Below, piece after piece: positions 1-9,061 of a stretch of DNA of 64,000 bases. Position numbers and translations under genes: made by a program. The notes beneath the pieces are model-generated. The model was not told the origin of the DNA. It made no database searches and worked only from the letters and a program-made list of their open reading frames with translations. Each line of letters opens with the position of its first letter. The stretch's first letter is position 1. The stretch is from an uncultured Verrucomicrobiae bacterium (lineage in GTDB: Bacteria; Verrucomicrobiota; Verrucomicrobiia; Chthoniobacterales; UBA10450), in NCBI GenBank assembly GCA_963742845.1, contig CAVUNK010000008.1:709219-773218 (forward strand). The letters run 5' to 3'.

Positions 1-43
1 AATCGCAGACGCGGGCCGGGCCGGTCCGACGCGATTCCCCAGT

Positions 44-568
44 ATGTTCTTCCATAGTTGGGGCGGACTCGGCCGAGTTCTGATCGTCGGGTTGTGCGCG
101 TATCTCGGACTCGTTCTCATCCTCCGCGTCTCCGGGAAACGCACTCTCGCGAAAATGAACGCGTTTGATTTCGTCGTCACCGTCGCGCTCGGCTCGATCC
201 TCGCCACGGTGCTGCTCTCGAAAGACGTTGCCCTCGCGGAAGGCCTGCTCGCGCTTGCGTGGTTGATCGGCCTGCAATGGCTGGTCGCGTGGCTCGCGGT
301 CCGCTCCGCGGCGTGGCGCGGCTTAATCAAGAGCGAGCCGCGTTTGCTCGCGCTCCGCGGTGAGTTAAACAACCGGGCGTTGCGCGAGGAACGCCTTACC
401 CACGAGGGCGTTTACGCCGCTCTGCGCTCTGCCGGTCATGCCTCACTCGCCGACGTCGAGGCGGTCGTGCTCGAGACCGATGGGAGGATCAGCGTGGTCG
501 GTTCAGGTGGCGGAAATGCCGACCCGGCGGCGCTCGCCAGTCTGCGCGATTATCCGGGCGACGCCTAA
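44..568 (+). CDS. DUF421 (YetF-like) membrane protein
   Basis: 174-aa ORF with N-terminal TM helices, a GKRTLAKMNAFDFVVTVALGS motif and a C-terminal LETDGRISVV tail, typical of DUF421. The TAA stop (566-568) lies inside a GCCTAACGA copy. Confidence 0.6.
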   Translation: MFFHSWGGLGRVLIVGLCAYLGLVLILRVSGKRTLAKMNAFDFVVTVALGSILATVLLSKDVALAEGLLALAWLIGLQWLVAWLAVRSAAWRGLIKSEPRLLALRGELNNRALREERLTHEGVYAALRSAGHASLADVEAVVLETDGRISVVGSGGGNADPAALASLRDYPGDA

Positions 569-656
569 CGAGTCGGGAAAATTCTTCCCCGCGGATACGC
601 GCTCAGAGCGCCGCGGATGCGAAACTTTGGGAAAGAAGCTCAACCAAAGGAGACCC

Positions 657-854
657 ATGGCGAAGAACACAGGCGACGGACATCGCGCCGGTTCGGTGAC
701 GAACCGCACACAAGTGAAGAACCCGCAGACCGGGGATTACGTGAAGCGAAATGAGAACCCGGAGAGCGGCAAAGCCGGGGAATTCATGGACGTGAAAAAG
801 GACGGCAAGCCCTTCAAGGGCGTCGCGGTGGAGCCGGATCACCGGCGGAAGTAA
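657..854 (+). CDS. small conserved hypothetical protein (65 aa, Lys/Gly-rich)
   Basis: ATG at 657 is preceded by AAGGAG 4-9 nt upstream. It is in frame with track ORF 438..854. The sequence MAKNTGDGHRAGSVTNRTQVKNPQTGDYVKR resembles small proteins I recall from many bacteria. Confidence 0.5.
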   Translation: MAKNTGDGHRAGSVTNRTQVKNPQTGDYVKRNENPESGKAGEFMDVKKDGKPFKGVAVEPDHRRK

Positions 855-2266
855 GCCGCGAGGCGGGCGGACTCGCTCCCCGCGCCACCGCCGGGCGCGG
901 GCCGGCTGGCCGCGCTCGGCCTTCCTCGTTTCGGCCGGCCTCCTCGGCACTCCCTCCGATGGCCTGCTCCAGCCGCTCCATCTTGGCTTTCAGCTCGGCG
1001 ATCTCGCTGCTCTGCTCTTCCACTTTTTGGTGTTCCTTCAGGAACTCATTGAGCAACATCGCGTTCACCGCTTCGTAGCGGACCGTATAGGGTTTGCCTG
1101 ACTTATCTTTCACTACTAACTCTGGATCGACCTTCGCTACTTCTTCCGCCACCAGGCCAAACTGCGGGATCTTTTCCGGGTCTAACTCTTCCTTGTAACG
1201 GAAACTGACCGGCTTGAGGGAGAGCAGTCACTTCGCTCGACTTCGCCATGGGCTTGATCGCTTCCTTGTAGCGTGCGGAAGAGTTCAATGTCCCGAGCCG
1301 ACCATTGCCATCGATCATCACCGCGACGCCACCCGCCACGGTCACTCCGCTGATCCCCGCGATGTAAGTCGCCCCCTGCTGTCCGTCTCTGCCCAGGCGC
1401 ATGGTGTTCGACTCACCAGCTACGCCAGAGTTACCGATATCGATATTCCGACTGCCCGTGAGATTGTAACCCGCGTTGTAGCCGATCGCGATGTTGTTGT
1501 TGCCCGTGACATTCTGGGAAAGGGCGCGATAGCCGTAGGCGGTGTTGTTGGTCCCCTCGGTATTGTCTTGCAGCGCTTCGCCACCGGCGGCGGTGTTGAA
1601 GCTGCCCGTGGTGTTATAAACCATCGCGCCCGCTCCGGCTGCCAGGTTCGTGCCGCCAGTGGTATTAAAAAGCAGGGCGGTGGAGCCGATTGCGGTGTTC
1701 CCGCTGCCATAATCCGGAGCGTTGAGGGTATAGCTCAGGGCGTAGTAACCAACCGCCGTGTTCGAATTTCCGGTCTTATTGTATTGGAGCGCCCGGTAAC
1801 CAAGGCCGGTGTTCCCTACACCCAGGGTATTCTCGTGCAGGCTTTCCTGGCCGATTGCGGTGTTGTAGTAGCCGCTAGTGTTCGCGTACATGGAGTTAGT
1901 GCCTACCGCCACATTGCTCATCCCGCTCCTGTTGGAATAGAGCGCTATGTCGCCAATCGCCACATTCAAAGCGCCGGTCGTATTGCTATAGAGGCAACGA
2001 TCGCCGACCGCGGTGTTACCGGAGCCGGAGGTATTATTGAGCATCGCCGTCGAACCGATCGCGACATTCAGGCCACCGGTGGTGTTCTTGTTGAGGGCTT
2101 GGAAACCAACCGCTGCATTGTCCGTGCCCGTCGTCAGGCTGAAGAGCGCGTCCTCTCCTTCGGCGGTGTTTTGGTTTGAGTAACCGCCATCCGGCGGCGG
2201 AGTAACCGCCAAAGTGGTGGCGGCGAAACTGGAGAGAGCGAGTAAGACCAACGAGAAGTTCTTCAT
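814..2266 (-). pseudogene. surface repeat protein: YadA-like head repeats plus C-terminal S74 intramolecular-chaperone (tail-fibre) domain; one frameshift near 1210-1225
   Basis: Signal peptide MKNFSLVLLALSSFAATTLA, then about 20 repeats of the pattern SGxxNTAxGxxAL. The C-terminus reads SSARYKEAIKPM..(shift)..KPVSFRYKEELDPEKIPQFGLVAEEVAKVDPELVVKDKSGKPYTVRYEAVNAMLLNEFLKEHQK, which is typical of the peptidase S74 chaperone domain. Confidence 0.6.
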
Positions 2267-2628
2267 CAGCGCATTGTCGCAAAGAGCGTCGCGGCTGCCC
2301 AGACGAAACATCCCTGCACCGTTGTCCGTAATTTGGTTAAAGGACCACCGCTCAGTCCTGGTGAGTTATCCCGAAGCACGGTGCGCCCTGCGAAAAGAGA
2401 CCCACTAACCCGCCGACAGAAGATCCCCGTCCTGGCTTCCTCTCGGCCCCAAAGATTTAGCTTGGCGGCGCTGCGGGCGATCCCTACGAACTGGCCTAAC
2501 AAACGCCCCTCAATAAAATGGGGACATCCGGCGCAGCTTCGTCGAGCAGACCGTGCCGGTCGCCAACGCCAACGCGCAGGTCTTCCCCGCCTCCTTCGAC
2601 CTGGCCGAGTTCAACACCGAGCCGGGGT

Positions 2629-2927
2629 AACCTCAGAGGTCGCCCCGGCGACCTCGGAGGTCACTGCGTTGGGCTCCGAGGTCAACGCGGTGCCCTTTTA
2701 GGTCCGGTTGGCTCCACCTCCGAGGTCAACGCGTGAACCTCTGAGGTCAACGCGCCGACCTCAAACCGTCGCGCTTTGACCCCAAGAGGTCGCCGCGCCG
2801 ACCTCGGAGAGCACCGCGCTGACCTCCAAGGTCACCCGTTTGCACCTCAAAGGTCAGCGCGTTGACGTCCGAGGTGGAAACGCCGACCTCAAACCCCACC
2901 GCGTGGACCTCGAACGTCACAAAAACG
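2629..2927. repeat. tandem array of about 14 degenerate 21-22 bp units, consensus GACCTCnGAGGTCAnCGCGyy
   Basis: Unit starts at about 2629, 2650, 2672, (2694, degenerate), 2715, 2736, 2757, 2778, 2800, 2821, 2843, 2864, 2885 and 2906. Stop codons occur in all frames across the array. It lies in the 0.9-kb gap 2312-3235. Confidence 0.8.
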
Positions 2928-3188
2928 CCATTTCAGGCTCGAATACCCGCCGAAATCCCGCTTCTGGGATTCCGATTGCCGGATCACGGACTGATCCCGA
3001 TTCCTGTCCTGATCTTAGCGCGCCGTCCATGTTGCTTTCCCTCGTGGTCGCCCGAAGCCGCCGTCCCATTTGCCACGCCGCCATCAGCATCATCACGCTG
3101 GCCGGGGTGGTCGTGATCCTCGCCGCGGAAGGGGCGCGTATCAGGTGAGGTGAGGAAGGCCACGCTGGGGTTGCGGCCGACACGGCCG

Positions 3189-3233
3189 CCGCTACAGCCG
3201 GGAGCTAGGCCGCGAAGCGCTGGCGCGGGTGGG
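3189..3233. repeat. 45-bp imperfect copy of the recQ 3' end (direct repeat partner of 4201-4245)
   Basis: CCGCTACAGCCGGGAGCTAGGCCGCGAAGCGCTGGCGCGGGTGGG versus CCGCGACAGCTGGGAGCTAGGTCGCAAAAGTTTGGCGCGGGTGGC. I counted 36/45 identical positions. Confidence 0.6.
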
Positions 3234-3235
3234 GG

Positions 3236-4159
3236 CTACTTCAGAGCAGCGAGTTCCGCTTTCGCCCGGGCGACGCTGTCCGGGTCGTTATCGAGGTCGA
3301 TAGCTTTCTGAAACGCCTCCGCGGCCTGCTTTTTGTGGCCCGCCGTGTTTTGGACGACACCCACGTTTACCCAGACCAACGCATCGTCAGGCACCAGTTG
3401 CAGGGCATGCTCGTAGTTCTCGATCGCCAGGGCGGGGTTCTCCTCGATGACGCTGTAATACACGCCCAGCAGGTTGTGACCGTATTCGCAGTCGGGAAAG
3501 GCGTCGCGATCCAGCTGTGCGATGGCATGGAATGCTTCATCTCCCTCCTTCGTCCTCAGCATGAAGCGGTGCCGGGCGAAGTTACTCAGGGCGTGCGAGA
3601 GATCAGCTCGCGCCGGCTCCGGATACGGCTGCCCGTCTTTACCAAGCAACTGCTGGGAATGCGCATTGGCGTAAGCGGCCATCTCGGTGAGCTGCCGCAC
3701 AAGTCCCTTCATGTCGCCGGATTCGTCGTAGAGCGTCGCCAGGCCGAGGTGGATGTCGATTCGGCCCGGAGCCTTGGAAAGGCCCTGCTGCAGCAGGGCA
3801 ATCGCCCGCTGATAGGTGTCGTTGGATGGCTCCGCCCTGGAAACACTCCCGACTTCGTGGCCGGCTTTATCGGCGATAACCAGCTCACCGGGTTCCGCCT
3901 TCTTCGTGGAGAACGACACGCCGCGCTGGCTGCTCAGCAGGTAATTTGTGGCTGCGATGTAGTATTCGGGATCGTCGGGCCGCGCTGCCTTCCACTCCGC
4001 GAGGAGGGCGTCGGCCTTGACGAAATCATGAGCGCTGTCCGCCGCACGGAACTGCGCTCGATAATCAACCTCCGCCGCCCGAGCCGGGAGGATGACAACG
4101 AAGAAGGCCGCTGCGAGAGAGCCGCTGAGAAAACCTCGCCTGAAAGAGTGATGCTGCAT
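3236..4159 (-). CDS. tetratricopeptide-repeat protein with signal peptide
   Basis: 307-aa ORF with an N-terminal hydrophobic signal (LAAAFFVVILPARAAEV) and TPR-like helices (AIENYEHALQLVPDDALVWVNVGVVQNTAGHKKQAAEAFQKAIDLD). Confidence 0.7.
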   Translation of the reverse strand: MQHHSFRRGFLSGSLAAAFFVVILPARAAEVDYRAQFRAADSAHDFVKADALLAEWKAARPDDPEYYIAATNYLLSSQRGVSFSTKKAEPGELVIADKAGHEVGSVSRAEPSNDTYQRAIALLQQGLSKAPGRIDIHLGLATLYDESGDMKGLVRQLTEMAAYANAHSQQLLGKDGQPYPEPARADLSHALSNFARHRFMLRTKEGDEAFHAIAQLDRDAFPDCEYGHNLLGVYYSVIEENPALAIENYEHALQLVPDDALVWVNVGVVQNTAGHKKQAAEAFQKAIDLDNDPDSVARAKAELAALK

Positions 4160-4200
4160 CGCTTTCGTGATGCGCTTTTCGTGCCACGAGAGCGGTAAAA

Positions 4201-4245
4201 CCGCGACAGCTGGGAGCTAGGTCGCAAAAGTTTGGCGCGGGTGGC
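4201..4245. repeat. recQ 3' end plus downstream; direct repeat partner of 3189-3233
   Basis: See 3189-3233. This copy encodes the RecQ C-terminus ..SHPRQTFAT*. Confidence 0.6.
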
Positions 4246-6049
4246 TCGCGAGATATTCGCGGGTCGCGGCGAGGAAGGGCTCGGCGAAATCCTTCAGCTT
4301 TTGCTCGCCGACACCGGGAATCTTCCGGAACTCCGCCGCCGTGGTCGGATAACTCCGCGCCATCTCGCGCAGCGAGACGTCGGAGAAGATCACGTAGGCC
4401 GGGACGTTACGCTCGTCGGCGAGATTGCGCCTAACGAGTCTAAGATCGTCGAAGAGCGCTTCGTCGCACTCGATCTCGCCCGCGCGCTGGCGCCGTGAGC
4501 GGGTCGCGGTCTTCTCGGGCGGTTTCGTGAGCGTGATCGCGGTGCGCGCGCGGAGCGCTTCCCGGCCGGCTTCGGTCACCTGAAGCGTCGCGAATTTTCC
4601 GGGCGCCACTTCCACCAGTCCCATCCGGAGCAGTTCGCGCCCGACCGCCTGCCACGCGTCGCGTTTCAACTCCTGGCCGATGCCGTAGGTGGTGATTTCG
4701 TTATGCCCGCGCTGCCGGATCGCGTCCGTGTCCGCGCCGGTCAGCACTTCGACGATGTGATTCAGCCCGAAGGCGAACCCGCTTTTCTGCTGAATCCGGA
4801 GCACACAGGAGAGGAATTTCTGCGCCACCACCGTGCCGTCGAAAGTCTCGCGCGGCTCGAGGCAGTTATCGCAGCCGTTGCAGGGTTCGTTAGGCCGTTC
4901 CTCCGCGAAATAGCGGAGCAAAGTGGTGCGCCGGCATTCGCGCGTCTCCGCGTAGTGCACCATCTGGCGAAGCTGGGCGCGCGCGATCTGCGCTTCGCTC
5001 TCGCTTTTCTCGTCGATGAACCGCGTCTGCTTCACCACGTCGCCCGCGCTGAAAAGGAGCACGCAATCGCTCGGCAACCCATCGCGGCCGGCGCGGCCGG
5101 TTTCCTGATAGTAGCTCTCGATGTTCTTCGGCAGGTCATAGTGCACCACAAAACGGACGTTCGGTTTGTTGATCCCCATCCCGAACGCGATCGTCGCGCT
5201 GATCACGCGCACGTCGTCGCGCAGGAACTCCTCCTGGTTCCGCGCCCGTTCGTTAGGCTCGAGCCCGGCGTGGTAGGGCTTCGCCGGAATGCCGTCGGCG
5301 TTCAGCTTCGTCGCGACCGAGTCGGCGCTCTTGCGGCTCGCGCAATAGACGATCCCGCTGTCGTTCGGCCGTTCGCGCAGGAACGCGAGCAGCTGATCGT
5401 AGGGCGATGCTTTCGGGACCACGCGGTAGGTCAGGTTCGGCCGATCGAAGCTCGCGACGTAGATTTGCGGGTCGCGAAAATTTAGCTGCCTCACGATGTC
5501 GGCGCGGACCCGTTCGGTTGCGGTCGCGGTCAGCGCCATCAGCGGCACCTTCGGGAGAAGCTCGCGCAGCTTGTTCAGTTCGCGGTATTCCGGGCGGAAA
5601 TCGTGGCCCCATTCGCTGATGCAATGCGCCTCGTCGATCGCGATCTGCGCGACGTTCCACTCCTTCACCCGTTGGATGAATGAATCGAGCATGAGGCGCT
5701 CCGGCGCGAGATAGAGCAACCGGTATTCGCCATTATACAAGCCGCGCAGCCGCGCTTTCGCCTCCGGACCATCGAGCGATGAATTCAAAAACGTCGCCGC
5801 CACGCCGCTCGCCTGGAGCGCGTCGACCTGGTCTTTCATCAGCGAGATGAGCGGGGAGATCACGATCGTGAGGCCATCGCGGAGCAGGGCGGGCAGTTGG
5901 AAACAAAGCGACTTCCCGCCGCCGGTCGGCATGAGGGCGAAGACGTCGCGCCCCGCGAGCGCGTCGCGCACGATCTCCTCCTGGAGCGGCCGGAAAGCTG
6001 AGTAACCGAAATGTTTCTTGAGGGCGGGAAGCAATTGCACGCGGGACAT
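4217..6049 (-). CDS. recQ: ATP-dependent DNA helicase RecQ
   Basis: MSRVQLLPALKKHFGYSAFRPLQEEIV..MPTGGGKSLCFQLPAL, DEAH box (IDEAHCISEWGHDFRPEY), Zn-binding C..C..C..C, RQC and C-terminal HRDC (LFDDLRLVRRNLADERNVPAYVIFSD). The ATG at 6049 was chosen over the 158-codon upstream extension of the track ORF. Confidence 0.95.
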   Translation of the reverse strand: MSRVQLLPALKKHFGYSAFRPLQEEIVRDALAGRDVFALMPTGGGKSLCFQLPALLRDGLTIVISPLISLMKDQVDALQASGVAATFLNSSLDGPEAKARLRGLYNGEYRLLYLAPERLMLDSFIQRVKEWNVAQIAIDEAHCISEWGHDFRPEYRELNKLRELLPKVPLMALTATATERVRADIVRQLNFRDPQIYVASFDRPNLTYRVVPKASPYDQLLAFLRERPNDSGIVYCASRKSADSVATKLNADGIPAKPYHAGLEPNERARNQEEFLRDDVRVISATIAFGMGINKPNVRFVVHYDLPKNIESYYQETGRAGRDGLPSDCVLLFSAGDVVKQTRFIDEKSESEAQIARAQLRQMVHYAETRECRRTTLLRYFAEERPNEPCNGCDNCLEPRETFDGTVVAQKFLSCVLRIQQKSGFAFGLNHIVEVLTGADTDAIRQRGHNEITTYGIGQELKRDAWQAVGRELLRMGLVEVAPGKFATLQVTEAGREALRARTAITLTKPPEKTATRSRRQRAGEIECDEALFDDLRLVRRNLADERNVPAYVIFSDVSLREMARSYPTTAAEFRKIPGVGEQKLKDFAEPFLAATREYLASHPRQTFAT

Positions 6050-6094
6050 TATCACTCGCCAAAAGCGGGCGCACAGCGGAATGCTTTTTCGTTC

Positions 6095-6982
6095 ATGAAA
6101 TCTCTCCTGCTCCTTCTTTTCGTCGCGCTCCTCGGCGCGGAAACCGCCGCCGCGAAACCGCTCAGTTGGTCGGAGCTCGGCGCGCTGCCGCTGCCCGCGG
6201 CCGGGAAAAAGATCGCGTATGGGAGCGACCCGTTGCAGTTCGGCGAGCTCCGTTTGCCGAAAGGCGCGGGGCCGTTCCCGGTCTTTGTGATCGTGCACGG
6301 CGGGTGCTGGCTGAACGCCTTCGATTATCACTACATGACGCGGCTCGCGGCCTGGCTGACGGAGCGCGGCTATGCGACCTGGACGATCGAATATCGGCGG
6401 GTCGGCGACGCGGGCGGCGGCTGGCCCGGGACGTTTCTCGATGTCGCGCACGCGACCGACGCGCTCCGGACGATCGCGAAAGAGCAGCCGCTCGATCTCC
6501 AGCGGGTTTACGCGGCGGGGCATTCCGCCGGCGGGCAGCTCGCGCTCTGGCTTGCGAGTCGCGCGCGCCTAACGAGTGCGAGCGAACTCTTCGTGGCCGA
6601 TCCCATGAGGATCCGCGGCGTGCTTGGGCTCGCGGCGATCGCCGATCTGAAGACGTATCGCGTCGGCCCGCCGGAGAGCTGCAACTCGGCAGTCGATCAG
6701 TTGCTCGGCGGCGATCCGGAAAAGTTCCCCGCACGTTATGCGGAAACTTCGCCGAGCCAGCGGCTGCCGTTAGGCGTGCCGCAGATTTTCATTCAGGGCG
6801 AGCTTGATCCGATTGTCCCGCCGGCCTCGGTGCGTGCCTATGCGGAAGCGGCGACGAAAGCGGGCGATCGCGCGGAGCTGTTGTTGTTGCCCGGGGCCGG
6901 ACATTTCGAAGCCTCCACTCCGCTGCCGCCGACGGCCGCGACCTTGGAGAAGGCGCTCCGTCTGCTTACCGCGACTCGTTAG
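6095..6982 (+). CDS. alpha/beta hydrolase (esterase/lipase-like), secreted
   Basis: Signal peptide MKSLLLLLFVALLGAETAAA, HGGCW oxyanion motif and GHSAGG nucleophile elbow. The TAG stop (6980-6982) is inside a motif copy. Confidence 0.8.
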   Translation: MKSLLLLLFVALLGAETAAAKPLSWSELGALPLPAAGKKIAYGSDPLQFGELRLPKGAGPFPVFVIVHGGCWLNAFDYHYMTRLAAWLTERGYATWTIEYRRVGDAGGGWPGTFLDVAHATDALRTIAKEQPLDLQRVYAAGHSAGGQLALWLASRARLTSASELFVADPMRIRGVLGLAAIADLKTYRVGPPESCNSAVDQLLGGDPEKFPARYAETSPSQRLPLGVPQIFIQGELDPIVPPASVRAYAEAATKAGDRAELLLLPGAGHFEASTPLPPTAATLEKALRLLTATR

Positions 6983-6991
6983 GCAAGGCCG

Positions 6992-8137
6992 CTAATCGAG
7001 GGTCTGCCGGTAGCGCTTCACCCCGATGACGAGCGCGACGAAAGCGAAGAGCGCGATCTGCCAGAGCTGCAGCATGACGTCGGGGAAGCCGTTTCCTTTC
7101 AGCAAAATGCCGCGCACGATCCGCAGGAAATGGGTGAGCGGAAAAAATTCGCCGATGACCTGCGCCCAGTGCGGCATGCCGCGGAAGGGAAACATGAAAC
7201 CGGAAAGCAGGATCGACGGCAGGAAGACGAAGAAGGTCATCTGCATCGCCTGGAGCTGGTTCTTCGCGACCGTGGAGAAGGTGATGCCCATCGCGAGATT
7301 CGCCGCGATGAAGACGAGCGCGACCGACGAGCAGCAGCAGAATGCTGCCGTGCATCGGCACGTGAAAAAGGAAATGCGCCGCGACCAGAATGACGCCGAC
7401 CTGGATGTAGCCGACGACGATGTAGGGCACGATTTTGCCGATCAGCACCTCGCTCGGGCGCGTCGGCATGGAGAGCAGATTTTCCATCGTGCCGCGCTCG
7501 CGTTCGCGGGTGATGGCGAGGCCGGTGATCATGATCATCGTCATGGTGAGGATCACGCCCATGAGGCCGGGCACGATGTTGTATTGCGTGACGACCTCCG
7601 GGTTGTAGAGCGCGTGGACCCGCAGATCGACCGGGCCGTGCGTGGCGTTGAGGGAAGCGAGCGGACCTTTCAAATCCTGTTGCAGCGCGGTGTTGATGAG
7701 CGTTGCCGAGCGAGCCGAGAGCGTTGCCGGTCGCGGCCGGATCGGTGGCATCGGCTTCGACGAGAATGGCCGGACGATCGCCGCGCAGCAGGTCGCGGGT
7801 GAAGTTTTCCGGAATGTTGATCACGAACTGCACCTGGCCGCGCGCGAGCAGGTCGTGCGCTTCCTCCTCGGTCGCGACCTGCTGCGCGAAATCGAAGTAG
7901 GTGCTGTTCTTCATCGCGTAGAGCAGCGTGCGTCCATGCTGGCCGCGATCCGCGAGGAGGACGGCGGCCGGCAGATGGCGCGGATCGGAGTTGATCGCGT
8001 AACCGAAAAGCGTGAGCTGGATGCAGCGGAATGCCGAGCATCATGGCGAAGGTGAGCCGGTCGCGCCGCATCTGCGTGAACTCCTTCACGATGATCCCGC
8101 GCAGGCGGCCGAAGGAAAATTTTGGATGCCGCATCAT
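6992..8137 (-). pseudogene. ABC-2 type transporter permease (YhhJ/YbhS-like), at least 3 frameshifts
   Basis: Four consecutive ORF fragments (7670..8137, 7237..7914, 6966..7751, 6992..7291) together read as one ABC-2 permease: MMRHPKFSFGRLRGIIVKEF.., ..FVINIPENFTRDL.., ..GLAITRERERGTMENLL.., ..FPLTHFLRIVRGILLKG.. Confidence 0.8.
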
Positions 8138-9061
8138 GGCGCGAAATTATCCTGCGAGACTTCCATCAGGCTGATGAAGACGTCTTCCAGCCCGGAGGGA
8201 ATTTCCCGCCACTCGTATGGCGCGTGGCGAAAGGGCGCGATCGCCGCCTCCAGAGCCGCCGCGTCGTCGCTGCTGACGTGCAGGGCGTTGCCAAAGGCGA
8301 CCGCCTGCTGCACGCCGGGCTGGCCGCGGAGCTGCGCGGCAAGCTGCGGCAGGTCGGGGCCGCTGACCGACCATGTCGTTAGGCCAACCTGCGCGATGAC
8401 TTCCGCGACCGTGCCGTGCGGTGAGCAGATTGCCATACGAAATGTAAGCGAGCCGGTGGCAACGCTCGGCCTCATCCATGTAATGCGTCGTGATGAGGAA
8501 GGTCAGGCCCTGCGCCGAGAGTTGGTGGATCTGTTCCCAGAAATCGCGCCGCGCTTTCGGGTCGACGCCCGCGGTCGGCTCGTCGAGCAGGAGCAGCTTT
8601 GGCTTGTGAATCAGGCAGGCGGCGAGCGCGAGCCGTTGCTTCCAGCCGCCGGAAAGTTGTCCGGCGAGCTGCTTCTGCCGGCCCTCGAGACCGAGCTGCT
8701 CGATGCTCTCGCGCACGGTCGCGCGGCGGTTTTTCACCGCATACATGCGGGCGACGAAATCGAGATTCTCCGCAATGCTGAGGTCTTCCCAAAAACTGAA
8801 CCGCTGCGTCATGTAGCCGACCTCGCGCTTGATCGCTTCGCTCTCCGCGATGACGTCGTGGCCGAGGACGCGGCCGCTGCCGTCATCCGCGCGCAGCAGC
8901 CCGCAGAGCATGCGGATGAAGGTCGTTTTGCCGCTGCCGTTCGGACCGAGAAAGCCGTAGATCTGCCCGGTCTGCACTTGCAGATCGACGTGATCGACGA
9001 CCGTGCGCTCGCCGAAGCGCTTCGTCATTCCGCGCACGTCGATGGCTGGTTCGGCGCTCAT
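8134..9061 (-). pseudogene. ABC transporter ATP-binding protein, one frameshift near 8440-8470
   Basis: Walker A GPNGSGKTT, signature LSGGWKQRL and Walker B LLLLDEPTAGVD. The C-terminal part continues in ORF 8134..8475. The start overlaps the hlyD stop (ATGA). Confidence 0.85.

Noticed and set aside
814-2266. Prophage, inferred from the tail-fibre/S74 domain.
   Set aside because: There are no capsid, terminase, integrase or other phage genes in the flanks. The protein has a cellular signal peptide and adhesin-type repeats.
2629-2927. Possible CRISPR array.
   Set aside because: The units are contiguous with no unique spacers, are only 21-22 bp long and are degenerate. No cas genes are nearby.
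4171-4186. Sigma-54 promoter-like TGGCACGAAAAGCGCA (minus strand) upstream of the TPR gene.
   Set aside because: It has GG-N10-GC spacing, but the -12 element deviates from TTGCA. The predicted start would leave only a 2-3 nt leader before the ATG. A single match is not distinguishable from chance.
6050-6523. 158-codon N-terminal extension of the recQ ORF given in the track (start 6523).
   Set aside because: The extension is Arg/Pro-rich, lacks helicase similarity and overlaps the divergent hydrolase gene. Conserved RecQ sequence begins at the ATG at 6049.
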